Notes: generated by a model from the sequence alone, not told the origin. A stretch of DNA of 64,000 nt from an uncultured Rivularia sp. (GCA_963665115.1 OY762007.1:7872001-7936000); one strand, 5' to 3'. Shown: positions 20,661 to 31,225, counted from the first letter of the stretch. Translations and numbers: made by a program.

Positions 20661-20743
20661 TATGTCCCTATGCCCTCCGGGCACGCAATACAAATAGGTA
20701 CGCTTCGCTAGCCGCTAATGGGACACGCTCCGCTAACGCTAAC
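20661..20743. repeat. Nested small dispersed repeats (TATGTCC..GGACACGCTnCGCTAAC family) within an ACTGATA heptamer array
   Basis: Outer TATGTCCC…GGGACACGCTCCGCTAAC interrupted by TATGCCCTCCGGGCACGC…TTCGCTAGC; related unit on the minus strand at 32663-32689 and a diverged one near 62126. Confidence 0.7.
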
Positions 20744-20765
20744 ACTGATTCCTGGTAACTGAAAA

Positions 20766-21443
20766 ATGGATAAATTAAATATTGACGTAAATACGGATTT
20801 GCTCAAAGCAATTCAAGGACACGCTGACGGTATTTCATTTGAAGGTAAAGGATTAAAGTTAAAAGATATTCGCCTTTCTGAAATTAAGTTCAAAACCGAT
20901 GATATTGATATTAACCCGCTCAAGGTTTTATTTGGCGAAGTTGAATTAGATCACCCAGTAAACGCAGAAACTCGGATTGTTTTAAAAGAAGCCGATCTCA
21001 ACCAAGCTTTAAAATTAGATTTAGTTCGCAATGTACTGTATGAGTTTTTGACATTCCATACTGAAAAATCAATTGTTAGCATTTATCCTAAAAATATCCA
21101 ATTTATTTTACCTGGAAATAGCAAAATTGTAATTGAAGGGGAAATAATTTTAGATTCAGGTTCCGAAAAGAAACCTTTGGGTTTAAGGGCTGATGTACGC
21201 TTGGAATCTTTAGACAAGCCGATTGTACTTGATGGCTTTAAATGTAATACCCCAGAAGGAATTGAGTTAGAAATTATGGTTGCATTAATAGACAAAATCC
21301 ATAAGCTGAGAAAATCGCCTTATTTTGAATTAAAAGATGCAGCTTTACGAATTAATACTCTGGATGTGCAACAGGGTAGTATAATTTTGCAAGCGCAAGC
21401 TAATTTAGAAAAAATTCCCGAAAACATACCCTTTGCGGAATAA
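20766..21443 (+). CDS. LmeA-like / DUF2993 lipid-binding protein
   Basis: LNIDVNTDLLKAIQG…INPLKVLFGEVELDHP…LKEADLNQAL pattern. Confidence 0.7.
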   Translation: MDKLNIDVNTDLLKAIQGHADGISFEGKGLKLKDIRLSEIKFKTDDIDINPLKVLFGEVELDHPVNAETRIVLKEADLNQALKLDLVRNVLYEFLTFHTEKSIVSIYPKNIQFILPGNSKIVIEGEIILDSGSEKKPLGLRADVRLESLDKPIVLDGFKCNTPEGIELEIMVALIDKIHKLRKSPYFELKDAALRINTLDVQQGSIILQAQANLEKIPENIPFAE

Positions 21444-21542
21444 ATTTAATTGCACGGTTATATGACTGGGGTATGATGTAACTTTTTGCGGGAATCACTA
21501 ATATAAACTAATCAATATATTCCATATCTAGAACTATTAACT

Positions 21543-23234
21543 ATGCAACAGTATGATGTTGTAATCATCGGTGCGGGACATAACGGTTTAGTTTGTGCTG
21601 CTTATTTATTAAAAGCTGGCTATACCGTAGCATTATTAGAAAAGCGCTCGGTGCCTGGTGGAGCAGCAACTACAGAGGAAATTTTACCCAAAGAAGCACC
21701 AGGATTTAAATTTAATTTGTGTGCGATCGACCACGAATTTATTCACCTTGGGCCTGTTGAAGAAGAATTAGAACTGAAAAAATATGGATTAGAATATTTA
21801 TATTGCGACCCAGTTGTATTTTGTCCCCATCCAGATGGAAAGTATTTCTTAGGACATAAGTCTTTAGATAAAACCTGTGCGGAAATCGCTCGTTATTCTC
21901 AACGCGATGCTGTAAAGTATAAGGAATTTACAGAATATTGGCAGCGTGCTTTGGGTGCAATGATTCCCATGTTCAACGCACCACCTAAATCAATTTTAGA
22001 TATTGCTGGTAATTACGATATTACGAAGATAAAAGATTTATTTTCAGTAATTGGTTCGGTAGACAAAACGCTGGATTTTATCCGCAATATGTTAACCAGC
22101 GGCGAAGATATTCTTAACGAATGGTTTGATTCTGAATTTCTCAAAGCACCATTAGCCAGACTTTGCGCCGAATTAGGTGCGCCACCTTCACAAAAAACAT
22201 TGGCGATCGGTGCGATAATGATGGCGATGCGTCACAATCCCGGAATGGCTAGACCTCGTGGTGGAACTGGTGCATTAACCCAAGCTTTAGTAAATTGTGT
22301 CACAAGTAAAGGCGGGGTAATTTTTACCGATCAACACGTAGAAAAAATCTTGATTGACAACGGTAAAGCTGTGGGTGTTCGCGTTGCGGGTGGTAAAGAA
22401 TATCGTGCTAAAGAAGCGGTAATTTCTAACATTGATGCGAAACGAGTATTCATGCAAATGGTAGATAAAAGCGATTCAGATGCAGCCGATCCAGAATTGC
22501 ATGAAAGATTAAAACGTCGCATTGTTAATAATAACGAAACCATCCTCAAAATTGACCTAGCATTAAACGAACCGCTACGCTTTGAACACCACGAACACAA
22601 AGACGAATACTTAGTTGGTTCAATCTTAATTGCCGATTCAGTTCATCATGTAGAACAAGCCCATAGCTTGTGTACTTTGGGTCAAATCCCCGATGAAAAT
22701 CCCTCAATGTATGCGGTTTTGCCAAGTTATTTAGATCCAAGTTTGGCACCTCCAGGAAAGCATACTCTATGGATTGAATTCTTTGCTCCCTACCAAATAA
22801 AAGACGCTAACGGTACTGGTTTAAATGGTACTGGTTGGACTGATGAATTGAAAAATAAAGTAGCAGATAGAGTCATAGATAAGCTAGCAGATTACGCGCC
22901 AAACGTAAAAAATGCAACTATCGCTCGTGCTGTAGAAAGTCCCGCCGAATTAGGTGAAAGATTAGGTGCTTATAAGGGGAATTACTATCACGTTGATATG
23001 ACATTGGATCAGATGATTTTCTTCCGTCCTTTACCAGAAATTGCTAACTATAAAACCCCCATTGAAGACCTGTATTTAACAGGTGCTGGAACTCACCCAG
23101 GTGGTTCAATTTCCGGAATGCCGGGGCGTAATTGCGCTAGGGTATTGTTGCAGAATAAACAACCAATGCAACAGAGTTTGAAGGATGCCAGAGAAGCGAT
23201 TTCCTCTACTTTTGAGTCGATGTTTAAGAAGTAA
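21543..23234 (+). CDS. crtO: Beta-carotene ketolase, CrtO type (phytoene dehydrogenase superfamily)
   Basis: GAGHNGLVCAAYL, FNLCAIDHEFIHLGP, RPRGGTGALT, GAGTHPGGSISGMPGRNCA; 563 aa. Confidence 0.85.
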   Translation: MQQYDVVIIGAGHNGLVCAAYLLKAGYTVALLEKRSVPGGAATTEEILPKEAPGFKFNLCAIDHEFIHLGPVEEELELKKYGLEYLYCDPVVFCPHPDGKYFLGHKSLDKTCAEIARYSQRDAVKYKEFTEYWQRALGAMIPMFNAPPKSILDIAGNYDITKIKDLFSVIGSVDKTLDFIRNMLTSGEDILNEWFDSEFLKAPLARLCAELGAPPSQKTLAIGAIMMAMRHNPGMARPRGGTGALTQALVNCVTSKGGVIFTDQHVEKILIDNGKAVGVRVAGGKEYRAKEAVISNIDAKRVFMQMVDKSDSDAADPELHERLKRRIVNNNETILKIDLALNEPLRFEHHEHKDEYLVGSILIADSVHHVEQAHSLCTLGQIPDENPSMYAVLPSYLDPSLAPPGKHTLWIEFFAPYQIKDANGTGLNGTGWTDELKNKVADRVIDKLADYAPNVKNATIARAVESPAELGERLGAYKGNYYHVDMTLDQMIFFRPLPEIANYKTPIEDLYLTGAGTHPGGSISGMPGRNCARVLLQNKQPMQQSLKDAREAISSTFESMFKK

Positions 23235-23281
23235 GTAATCTAAAAAGGTTAAAGGTTAGAGGTCAAAGGTAAGCAATAGAT

Positions 23282-23314
23282 GTAGGGTGCGTTATGACTT
23301 CAGTCTAACGCACC
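23282..23314 (+). repeat. GTAG-hairpin family C (GTAGGGTGCGTTA…TAACGCACC)
   Basis: GTAG followed by a 9-bp perfect stem. Confidence 0.7.
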
Positions 23315-23403
23315 AATTGTTGTAAAGACAAACCAATAAAATATAAATAATTTCTTTATCTAGCTTTATTCAAAGTCAATTCTGCAAATAATTTTTATAT
23401 AAC

Positions 23404-23577
23404 TATAGCGGTTTTCGATTGATTCTAATACATTCAATACCTCACCAAGCCACTTGCACATCCAGGGAACCTGGTGCAGCAGTGGCTCCCCTTCCCCTCT
23501 CCGATGTTTTGGAGAGGGGTGTCCGATAGGATGAGGTGAGGTTAAATTTGCATTATATCCAACAGAAAATAGATATA
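23404..23577. mobile_element. Degenerate MITE with nested hairpins
   Basis: Ends TATAGCGGTTTTC / GAAAATAGATATA (imperfect TIR); inside CCTCACC…GGTGAGG, CCCCTCTCC..GGAGAGGGG and AGCCACT…AGTGGCT (23448-23487). Confidence 0.6.
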
Positions 23578-23609
23578 TTTTCTTTCCTACACCCTAAAAA
23601 TAATAACTT

Positions 23610-24713
23610 ATGTTTAACCCAGACAGAATTAATCAGCTAACACCCGAACAAAAAGCATTAATTCCAGATTACCAAAATAAATGGCGTAAATTATTAACTT
23701 CGACAGAAACAATTGATAAAAATATAGCTGTTGAGACAGTCAAATCAATTTATAACTTCGTTGGTTTACCAGAACCTAAAATTATATTTTTAAAAAATTT
23801 CGACATGAAGTCATTTCTTGATGTTGATTTGGATGATATTTTGGGAATTATCTATCAAATTGAAGTTGTAAAACATCATAACATAGACTATTTAAATGAA
23901 CAATTATCCACAAACTTATCCATATCATTAGATAGTAAGATAGTAGAAACTTATTTTACTATATGGAAGCAACAAGAAGGATTATGGTGTGAAATATGGT
24001 TTGAATGGATAAATTATAGAAATAATCAAATTTTAGATCAAGAAATACATAGAAAAATAAGAAATTTTAACTACAACAATTATATAAAGAATGAAAGTAT
24101 GTTTTGGCTTTGGCAGACTTGGAACATTTATGGTTATCAAATAGATTTTTACATCTCAGAATTGAATTTACAATATGATGCAAAAATATGGAAATCATAC
24201 AAATCCTTAGCAAAAAACTGTGGCTGGATTTTCCCATTTCAAGAAGTTTGTTTAATAGCTCCTCGTCCAATAAAATTTTCCTTAGATGAATCTTATCGTC
24301 TCCATGCAGAAGCCGAACCAGCGCTAGAATTTGCTGATGGTTTCATAGTCTATGCTTATAACGGTGTGAGATTACCAGAAAAATACGGCAAAATTCATCC
24401 TAAAAAATGGAACCCCCAATGGCTTTTAACAGAAAATAACGCCGAATTGCGGAGAGTTTTGATACAAGGAATTGGTTACAGTCGAATTATAGAAGAACTA
24501 CAAGCCATACAAATAGATTCTTGGCAAGAATATAGATTATTAAAAATAAAAAAAGATATAGACATTGAACCCATTCATTTATTAAAAATGACTTGTCCTA
24601 GCACGGGACATATTCATGTTTTACGAGTTCCACACAACATAACTTCTGCAAGAGAAGCAATTATTTGGATAAATTGGGGAGTAGAACCAGAAGATTTTGC
24701 AGTACAAACTTAA
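23610..24713 (+). CDS. DUF6745-like domain protein
   Basis: LTPEQKALIP.Y..KW, CGWIFPF, RLHAEAEPALEFADG, NAELRRVLI, KMTCPSTGHIHVLRVP…AREAI.W. Confidence 0.75.
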   Translation: MFNPDRINQLTPEQKALIPDYQNKWRKLLTSTETIDKNIAVETVKSIYNFVGLPEPKIIFLKNFDMKSFLDVDLDDILGIIYQIEVVKHHNIDYLNEQLSTNLSISLDSKIVETYFTIWKQQEGLWCEIWFEWINYRNNQILDQEIHRKIRNFNYNNYIKNESMFWLWQTWNIYGYQIDFYISELNLQYDAKIWKSYKSLAKNCGWIFPFQEVCLIAPRPIKFSLDESYRLHAEAEPALEFADGFIVYAYNGVRLPEKYGKIHPKKWNPQWLLTENNAELRRVLIQGIGYSRIIEELQAIQIDSWQEYRLLKIKKDIDIEPIHLLKMTCPSTGHIHVLRVPHNITSAREAIIWINWGVEPEDFAVQT

Positions 24714-24761
24714 GTAATAATAGAGCTACAATCAACTTATAGGTTTAACTAAACAAAAAAC

Positions 24762-25166
24762 ATGACTTCTGAAACCGTTACCCTAAAAATACCAGAAATA
24801 CTTTATCAACGTTTAGTAAATACAGCTCGTGCCACTCAACGTCCAGTTGAAGAAATCATGCTTCGTGCATTACAAGTTGGTAGCCCACCATCCTGGGATG
24901 ATGTACCTGAAGAGTTTCAAGCTGAAATTGCTGCATTAGATAAACTTGATGATAATATGCTTTGGCAATTATTCCATAGTCGTAAAACAGTAACAGACAT
25001 GGAAAGATATAATGTTCTTCTTGAGGCAAATTCTAACGGTACAATTACACAATCTCAACGATTAGAACTTATGAATTTACGTCATCAAGCTGACCTTTTT
25101 ATGCTAAAAAAAGCTCAAGCAGCAGTATTGTTAAGATGGAGAGGAAATTTTGTGCCAAATCCTTGA
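24762..25166 (+). CDS. Hypothetical protein with RHH-like N-terminus (putative antitoxin partner of the HNH)
   Basis: VTLKIPEILYQRL..TARATQRPVEEI; C-terminal KAQAAVLLRWRG; 6 bp upstream of the HNH gene. Confidence 0.7.
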   Translation: MTSETVTLKIPEILYQRLVNTARATQRPVEEIMLRALQVGSPPSWDDVPEEFQAEIAALDKLDDNMLWQLFHSRKTVTDMERYNVLLEANSNGTITQSQRLELMNLRHQADLFMLKKAQAAVLLRWRGNFVPNP

Positions 25167-25172
25167 TTTTTA

Positions 25173-25598
25173 ATGTCTACATATATTCCTGAAACTTTAA
25201 AAAATATAATTTTAGATAGTGATAAAAGACGTTGTTGCTATTGCTTAACAACTGAAGGCAATAGCGGAATCCCTATGACTTATGACCATATTCAACCGCT
25301 TTCAAAAGGTGGAAAAACAAACTTTGAAAATCTTTGTTTAGCTTGTCGTTCATGTAATGAATTTAAGTCGGATTCTACCGAAGCTATAGACCCTTTAACA
25401 GAAGAAACTGTACAAATATTTAATCCTCGCATACAAACATGGTCAAATCATTTTACATGGAGTCCAGATAGTACAAAGGTTGAAGGTTTAACAGCGATTG
25501 GCAGAGCGACAATTGTTGCTCTTAGAATGAATAACCCTGTAATTATTGTCGCTAGAAGACGATGGACGATTAGCGGTTGGCATCCTCCTATTGGCTAG
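25173..25598 (+). CDS. HNH endonuclease
   Basis: CCYC, DHIQPLSKGG, NLCLACRSCNEFK, FNPR.Q.WS.HF.W. Confidence 0.9.
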   Translation: MSTYIPETLKNIILDSDKRRCCYCLTTEGNSGIPMTYDHIQPLSKGGKTNFENLCLACRSCNEFKSDSTEAIDPLTEETVQIFNPRIQTWSNHFTWSPDSTKVEGLTAIGRATIVALRMNNPVIIVARRRWTISGWHPPIG

Positions 25599-25676
25599 AT
25601 AATGTCATCCTCACTACAGATGACAAAGTATATATAAAGCTGATGCAATGTAAGGTAGCGTAGCCAATGCAAGAAC

Positions 25677-26768
25677 ATGACACAACGGGTTTTAATTTTA
25701 GGGGGAAGGGGACGCATCGGTAGTAGTGTTGCTCAAGATATTGCCAAGCATACGCAAGCGGAAATTGCTGTTACCGGGCGTAGGGCTGTAGAAAAGCAGC
25801 ATGAAACCTCTTTTGTATATCTTGTTTTGGATTTAGCGGAAACTGAAAAACTACGCGAAGCTATTTCTAATTCCGATATTGTGGTTCATTGTGCCGGTCC
25901 TTTTCACTACCGAGATACTAACGTTTTACAAATCTGCATTGAATGTGGTGTTAATTATATAGATGTTAGCGACCATCGTTCATATACAAGTAAAGTGTTA
26001 ACGCTTCACGAACAAGCTGTTGAAAAAGGTGTGACAGCAGTAATTAATACAGGTATTTTTCCCGGTATTTCTAATAGTATGGTGCGTCAGTGCGTCGAAC
26101 AATTTGATGAAGCACAAAAAATACACTTAAGTTATGTTGTAGCGGGTTCCGGTGGGGCTGGTGTTACGGTAATGCGAACTACTTTTTTAGGGCTGCAAAA
26201 TCCCTTTCAAGCTTGGATAAATGGTAAATGGGAAACGGTTAAAGCCTACACGGAGAGAGAAACTGTTAATTTTCCCGAACCCGTTGCAGAAAATGGGGTT
26301 TACTGGTTTGATATGCCGGAAACATTCACTTTACCGAAAGCTTTTCCTACAGTTAAAAGCGTAATTACTAAATTTGGTTCGGTTCCCGATTTTTACAACT
26401 ATTTAACCTGGATAGCCGCAAACGTGTTTCCTAAATCGTGGATTCAGAATTCTGGTGGTGTAGAATTTTTAGCTCAAGTTAGTCATAAAATGACCGACGT
26501 TACCGATAATTTTAGCGGTATTGGTGTAGCAATTCGCTCGGAAGTTACGGGAATAAAAGATAGTCAAACAAAAAGTTACTGTTCGACTTTAGCTCATGAA
26601 AATACTTCAGTAGCCGCTGGTTATGGTACGGGTAGTATAGCTCAGTTATTACTCGAAGGGAAATTGAGAAAGCCGGGAGTATACCCTGTAGAAGAAGCTT
26701 TATCAACCGATCTATTTGAAGAAACGATGCTAAATAGAGGTATTGAGATTAATCGTCAATGGTTATAG
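25677..26768 (+). CDS. Saccharopine dehydrogenase-like NAD(P)-dependent oxidoreductase
   Basis: LGGRGRIGS, VHCAGPF, YIDVSD, GIFPGISN, KPGVYPVE. Confidence 0.85.
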   Translation: MTQRVLILGGRGRIGSSVAQDIAKHTQAEIAVTGRRAVEKQHETSFVYLVLDLAETEKLREAISNSDIVVHCAGPFHYRDTNVLQICIECGVNYIDVSDHRSYTSKVLTLHEQAVEKGVTAVINTGIFPGISNSMVRQCVEQFDEAQKIHLSYVVAGSGGAGVTVMRTTFLGLQNPFQAWINGKWETVKAYTERETVNFPEPVAENGVYWFDMPETFTLPKAFPTVKSVITKFGSVPDFYNYLTWIAANVFPKSWIQNSGGVEFLAQVSHKMTDVTDNFSGIGVAIRSEVTGIKDSQTKSYCSTLAHENTSVAAGYGTGSIAQLLLEGKLRKPGVYPVEEALSTDLFEETMLNRGIEINRQWL

Positions 26769-26931
26769 AATCATTTAGAATCATTCTTAGGTTGATTACA
26801 TAGATGCATCTTCCGATAGAAGGAACTTTTTCATGAATAAACGTAGGATACATTTTAGTTAGAGAATTTTGCAATAATTTGCTTCTAACTAAATAGTATA
26901 AAGACAAAAGTTCAAAATCGGAGGAAAATAT

Positions 26932-27291
26932 ATGAAAGGGTTTGTATCATCTTTTAAACAAATATTGCGTCGCAGTGTTGTTTTAAGCTTAATGCTTTTA
27001 CTGGTTATATCGACATTGTTTGTTTTTGCACAACAGCCTAGTTACGCTTATCCAGCTTCGGAAAATACAAAATTAACTTCCCAAGAAAAAATTGACCGGG
27101 CTTATACTTTTAGTGAAGGTGCTGGACGTAGAGAAAAAATAAAACAAGAATCTTATGAAGAAGCAATAGAGGAATCAGAAAATCCTGAAAAAGCTTACGA
27201 AAAAAATACCAAGGTTTATAGGGATGAGAATATTAAACCAGCTTTAGTCGAAAAAGCCGAAGAATTGGTTGAAAATGTGACAGGAAAGTAG
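26932..27291 (+). CDS. Small secreted hypothetical protein
   Basis: GGAGG RBS; signal peptide ending PSYA; charged helical C-terminus. Confidence 0.75.
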   Translation: MKGFVSSFKQILRRSVVLSLMLLLVISTLFVFAQQPSYAYPASENTKLTSQEKIDRAYTFSEGAGRREKIKQESYEEAIEESENPEKAYEKNTKVYRDENIKPALVEKAEELVENVTGK

Positions 27292-27316
27292 TAGTCCTTT
27301 GCATTAGTTAAAGTTC

Positions 27317-27376
27317 GTAGTAAGGGCTTTAGCTCCCTCATTCTTCGGAATTTAAAAGGGCTAAAACCCTTACTAC
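27317..27376. repeat. Inverted pair of GTAG hairpins (family D, GTAGTAnnnCTTTAG); second pair at 58500-58547
   Basis: GTAGTAAGGGCTTTAGC…GCTAAAACCCTTACTAC and GTAGTAGCGCTTTAGCG…CGCTAAAGCGCTACTAC; both follow stop codons. Confidence 0.8.
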
Positions 27377-27695
27377 AAACCTTTTCAAATGAATATGATA
27401 GAGCATTAGTACTTGTTTTAATTCTTAACTAATATAAGCTTATAGGTAATAAATGACTATAGACAGCTATCATTCATCGCTTATCATAAGTATTTTAAAT
27501 TTATAAATTTTTATTACATAATTAAATATAATGATTCGGTTTATACGCTTACAAATTCAGAAAAAGAGAGATATTATCAAGAAGATTGATAAAAGTAATC
27601 TCTCTTGAGAGAGAGAAAATTAAAATATCTGCTTGCTGCGTTTTCTTCACGGTTGAATTAGATTGCAGTAAACAGTACATTGTAATAGAGCCAGT

Positions 27696-28256
27696 ATGCG
27701 GTTGTTTTTATCCGCTTGTACTTGCCTCGTACATACCATTAACTTACTGTCTGGGTGTCTTATGTTTTATTCTGGTTGTGTTCAACAGAGGCATACAAAC
27801 TGCATTTCGAGGTTGTTTTCGACAAACTTTAATAATTATTGGAAAAAGCGTTTATCTTTGTTTGCTGAAAATTCGGTTGTTTTAATTGTTGACAATGATG
27901 CTGATAACTTGCTTTTAACTCAACAAGTAGTTAAGCTATTAGGCTTTCATGCCATTACTGCTAAAGATGGTGAAAGTGCTTTGAAAATGATCGAACAATA
28001 CCAACCTGCGCTGGTATTGTTGGAAGTAATGTTGCCAGAAATAGACGGTATTAATGTTGCTAAGTATTTACGAAAGAATAAAAATTTAGTTCCTGTTATT
28101 GCTCTTACTAGTTTACCTGGCGATCTGTTTCGAGACGAAGCTTTGATGGCAGGCTGTAATGGATATATTGAAAAACCTTTTCAAATAGAATATTTGGAAA
28201 CTGCAATCAAGCAACTTCTATTTTTACCTACTACCACTCTGGGCTATCAAAAATAG
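27696..28256 (+). CDS. Single-domain response regulator receiver (atypical; start uncertain)
   Basis: VLIVDND, P.LVLLEVMLPEIDG, PVIALT, GCNGYIEKPF. Confidence 0.8.
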   Translation: MRLFLSACTCLVHTINLLSGCLMFYSGCVQQRHTNCISRLFSTNFNNYWKKRLSLFAENSVVLIVDNDADNLLLTQQVVKLLGFHAITAKDGESALKMIEQYQPALVLLEVMLPEIDGINVAKYLRKNKNLVPVIALTSLPGDLFRDEALMAGCNGYIEKPFQIEYLETAIKQLLFLPTTTLGYQK

Positions 28257-28271
28257 ATTAAAAAAGGCGAA

Positions 28272-29571
28272 TTAACTTTTTGAAGTGCTAGTTTTAATTT
28301 TACTTGCAATATTTTTGTTATACCAATTCATTGACGGTGTTGCAGTAATGCCATGTAAAAGTACTGAAACAACAACAGTACTGTAAGTTATCCAAGAAAT
28401 CTGTTCGCCTAATTCTCCTTTTAAACCGTTACTAAGAGCATAGGCAAGATAATATAAAGAACCTACTCCGCGAATGCCAAACCAACCAAATATCCAACGC
28501 TTTTGAGGATAAAATTTTTGGCGATGCGGGTATATAGTTTTTTTGCCAATTGTGCTTAGAAAAACTCCTAAAGGTCTAATTAAGAAAAACAGTAAAAAGA
28601 TTACTAGAAATGATTGTGGTGCAAATTTAGCTATTGGTTCATATAGTAAGATTGTACCCAACAGTAAAATTGTTCCTATTTCAAGTAGCTTTTCAACTTG
28701 TTCGATAAATTCCAGTTGCGCTAACGGTTCTTCTTGGTCATAATGATTTCTCTGCATTATTAAACCAGCAACAAATACAGCTAGAAATCCATAACCATTA
28801 ACAACTTCTGTCAAAGCATAAGTTAGTAAAATGGTACTAAGAGCAACAAAATCTCCCATTAAATCATCGACGGGATGATGTTTTTCAATTTTTTCACCAA
28901 ACCAGACAATAGCTTTGGCAACAAGAAATCCCATAATAATTGCAGAGCCAATTGCCCAAATTAAATCAATTCCCACCCAAGATTTAATCCAGTTATTCCA
29001 ATTATCATCTTTTATACCATAAAGCCCGAAATAAACGAAAGGAAAAGCCAGCGCATCATTTAATCCGCCTTCACTGGTTAAACCAAAACGCAATTCATCA
29101 TTATCATTTGTATCTTTTAACTGAATTGAAGAAGCCAATACGGGGTCAGTTGGTGCTAAAATTGCTCCTAACAAAATAGCTCCAGCCCAATCCATTCCTA
29201 AAAGAAACTTGCCGACAGCAGCAATCGCAATAATTGAAAACGGCATCAAAATTCCTATTAGCCGCAAAGTTGTATCCCAGGCTGCCAACTTAAAAGGACG
29301 AGAAATTTTTAAACCGCAACCAAATACAGAAACAATTACTACAAATTCCGTTAACCGTTTGAGCAATTCAGCATTAAATATATCGTCGCGACGCAGTTCA
29401 ACTAAACTAAAACCGTAAGGGTCCGATAGTAATACCTACTATTAGATAGATAATCGCGTAAGAAAAAGGCGATCGCGCAATTACACCCGAACCTAAAGTT
29501 ACAAACAGTAAGAGTAAACCAATAACAAGTAGATTCAGAATATAAATATCATCAAGAACAAGTAGATTCAT
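28272..29571 (-). CDS. NhaP-type (CPA1) cation:proton antiporter, split by a +1 indel at ~29416-29421
   Basis: LAPTDPVLA, SEGGLNDALA, GWFGIRGVGS. The N-terminal MNLLVLDDIYILNLL…IGP joins YGFSLVEL after removing one base. Confidence 0.85.
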
Positions 29572-29754
29572 GGACTTTTTTACTCCTCCTATAACGACAT
29601 AATTCTGTTAGTTTAAGAGCAGCGTCAATAATTCTGTATCACCCGCAGGTAGATTTAATCAAACAGTTTTCTGTACCAGTTGAGTAAATAAAATCCAACC
29701 AAAAGCAGTTAAAAGTAGTTAGGCTAATAAGATATACATTTTTTAGTAGCGATA

Positions 29755-31116
29755 ATGATACAGGTAAAAGGACCAAAAACTCCCAGATTTGCTCAATTGA
29801 TTGAGTGGGTTTTCAATCCCTTGCAATTAATGGAAAAATCGGCAAAAGCTTATGGAGACACTTTTAAATTATTTCTGGTTAGTGATAATCCGATGGTGTT
29901 TGTCAGCCATCCCCAAGCCATCAAAGAAATTTTTACCGCAAGTCTCGATAAATTTGATTCGGGGAGAGGAAATGAGTTAGTAGCATCTTTATTAGGCGAA
30001 CAATCTTTAGTTTTACTCGATGGGGCACAACATCAACGTCAGCGCAAATTATTAACGCCGCCATTTCATGGAGACAGAATGAAATCCTATGGCGATTTAA
30101 TCTGTGAAATTACCGAAAAAGTTATTAGTGAATGGAAAATTAGCGAACCCTTCGATGTTCGTAAATCCATGCAGGAAATTTCTCTTAGAGTGATTTTACA
30201 AGCAGTATTCGGACTAAATGAAGGGGAACGTTACGAAGAAATAAAACAGCTAATTGGTTCAATCTTAGAAATATCCGGTTCCCCTTTAAAAGCAATGCTG
30301 GTATTTGTACCTTTGTTGCAAAAAGATTTAGGTGCTTGGAGTCCCTGGGGAAACTTTTTACGCCAGCAAAAACGGCTTGATGACTTATTATACGTCGAAA
30401 TTCAGGAACGCAGAGATAATCCCGATGCATCACGTGAAGATATTTTATCCTTAATGATGGCTGCAACAGACGAACAAGGGCAGCCCATGACAGATAAAGA
30501 AATGCGCGACGAGTTAATGACTTTATTAGTTGCAGGGCACGAAACCACCGCCTCATCCTTAACTTGGGCGTTTTACTGGATTCATCATCTTCCCGAAGTC
30601 AAAGCAAAACTATTAGCAGAAATAGATACAGTTGACAGTCAAGATTTAACTACAATTTCCAAGTTACCTTATTTAAACGGAGTTTGTGCCGAAACATTAC
30701 GGATATATCCCATTGCGTTAATAGCTTTCCCGCGAATTAATAAAGCACCAATTAAGATAATGGACTGCGAATATCCCGCAGAAACACAGTTGATGCCATG
30801 CATTTATTTAACACATCATCGCGAGGATTTGTATCCAGAGCCGAAACAGTTTAAACCAGAAAGATTCATTGACAAACAGTATTCACCATATGAATATTTA
30901 CCCTTTGGTGGTGGAAATCGGCGCTGTATAGGTATGGCATTTGCCTTGTTTGAAATGAAACTTGTGTTAACAACAGTTTTGAAAAACTTAGATTTGAGTA
31001 TAGTAAATAATCATGAGGTTAAACCAACTCGTCGCGGTGGTACTTTAGCACCTTCTGGAGGTAAGTGGTTAGTGATGAAAGGGAAAAGGGATGTGAAAGT
31101 TAAGGTTGGGGTTTAA
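29755..31116 (+). CDS. Cytochrome P450 (CYP110-like)
   Basis: AGHETTA, ETLR, FKPERF, PFGGGNRRCIG. Confidence 0.92.
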   Translation: MIQVKGPKTPRFAQLIEWVFNPLQLMEKSAKAYGDTFKLFLVSDNPMVFVSHPQAIKEIFTASLDKFDSGRGNELVASLLGEQSLVLLDGAQHQRQRKLLTPPFHGDRMKSYGDLICEITEKVISEWKISEPFDVRKSMQEISLRVILQAVFGLNEGERYEEIKQLIGSILEISGSPLKAMLVFVPLLQKDLGAWSPWGNFLRQQKRLDDLLYVEIQERRDNPDASREDILSLMMAATDEQGQPMTDKEMRDELMTLLVAGHETTASSLTWAFYWIHHLPEVKAKLLAEIDTVDSQDLTTISKLPYLNGVCAETLRIYPIALIAFPRINKAPIKIMDCEYPAETQLMPCIYLTHHREDLYPEPKQFKPERFIDKQYSPYEYLPFGGGNRRCIGMAFALFEMKLVLTTVLKNLDLSIVNNHEVKPTRRGGTLAPSGGKWLVMKGKRDVKVKVGV

Positions 31117-31225
31117 GTTTTGGGGATACGGGCAGGGATGCCCGTACTTGCTCGCTAGTTACTACCGGGGAGCGAGACGCTCCCACTACCAATGTCTTAT
31201 TCATCAGAATTAATCTGGTGGAATA

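Noticed and set aside
27586..27885. 99-aa ORF overlapping the response regulator
   Set aside because: No recognisable motifs, TTG start, overlaps another frame; probably spurious.
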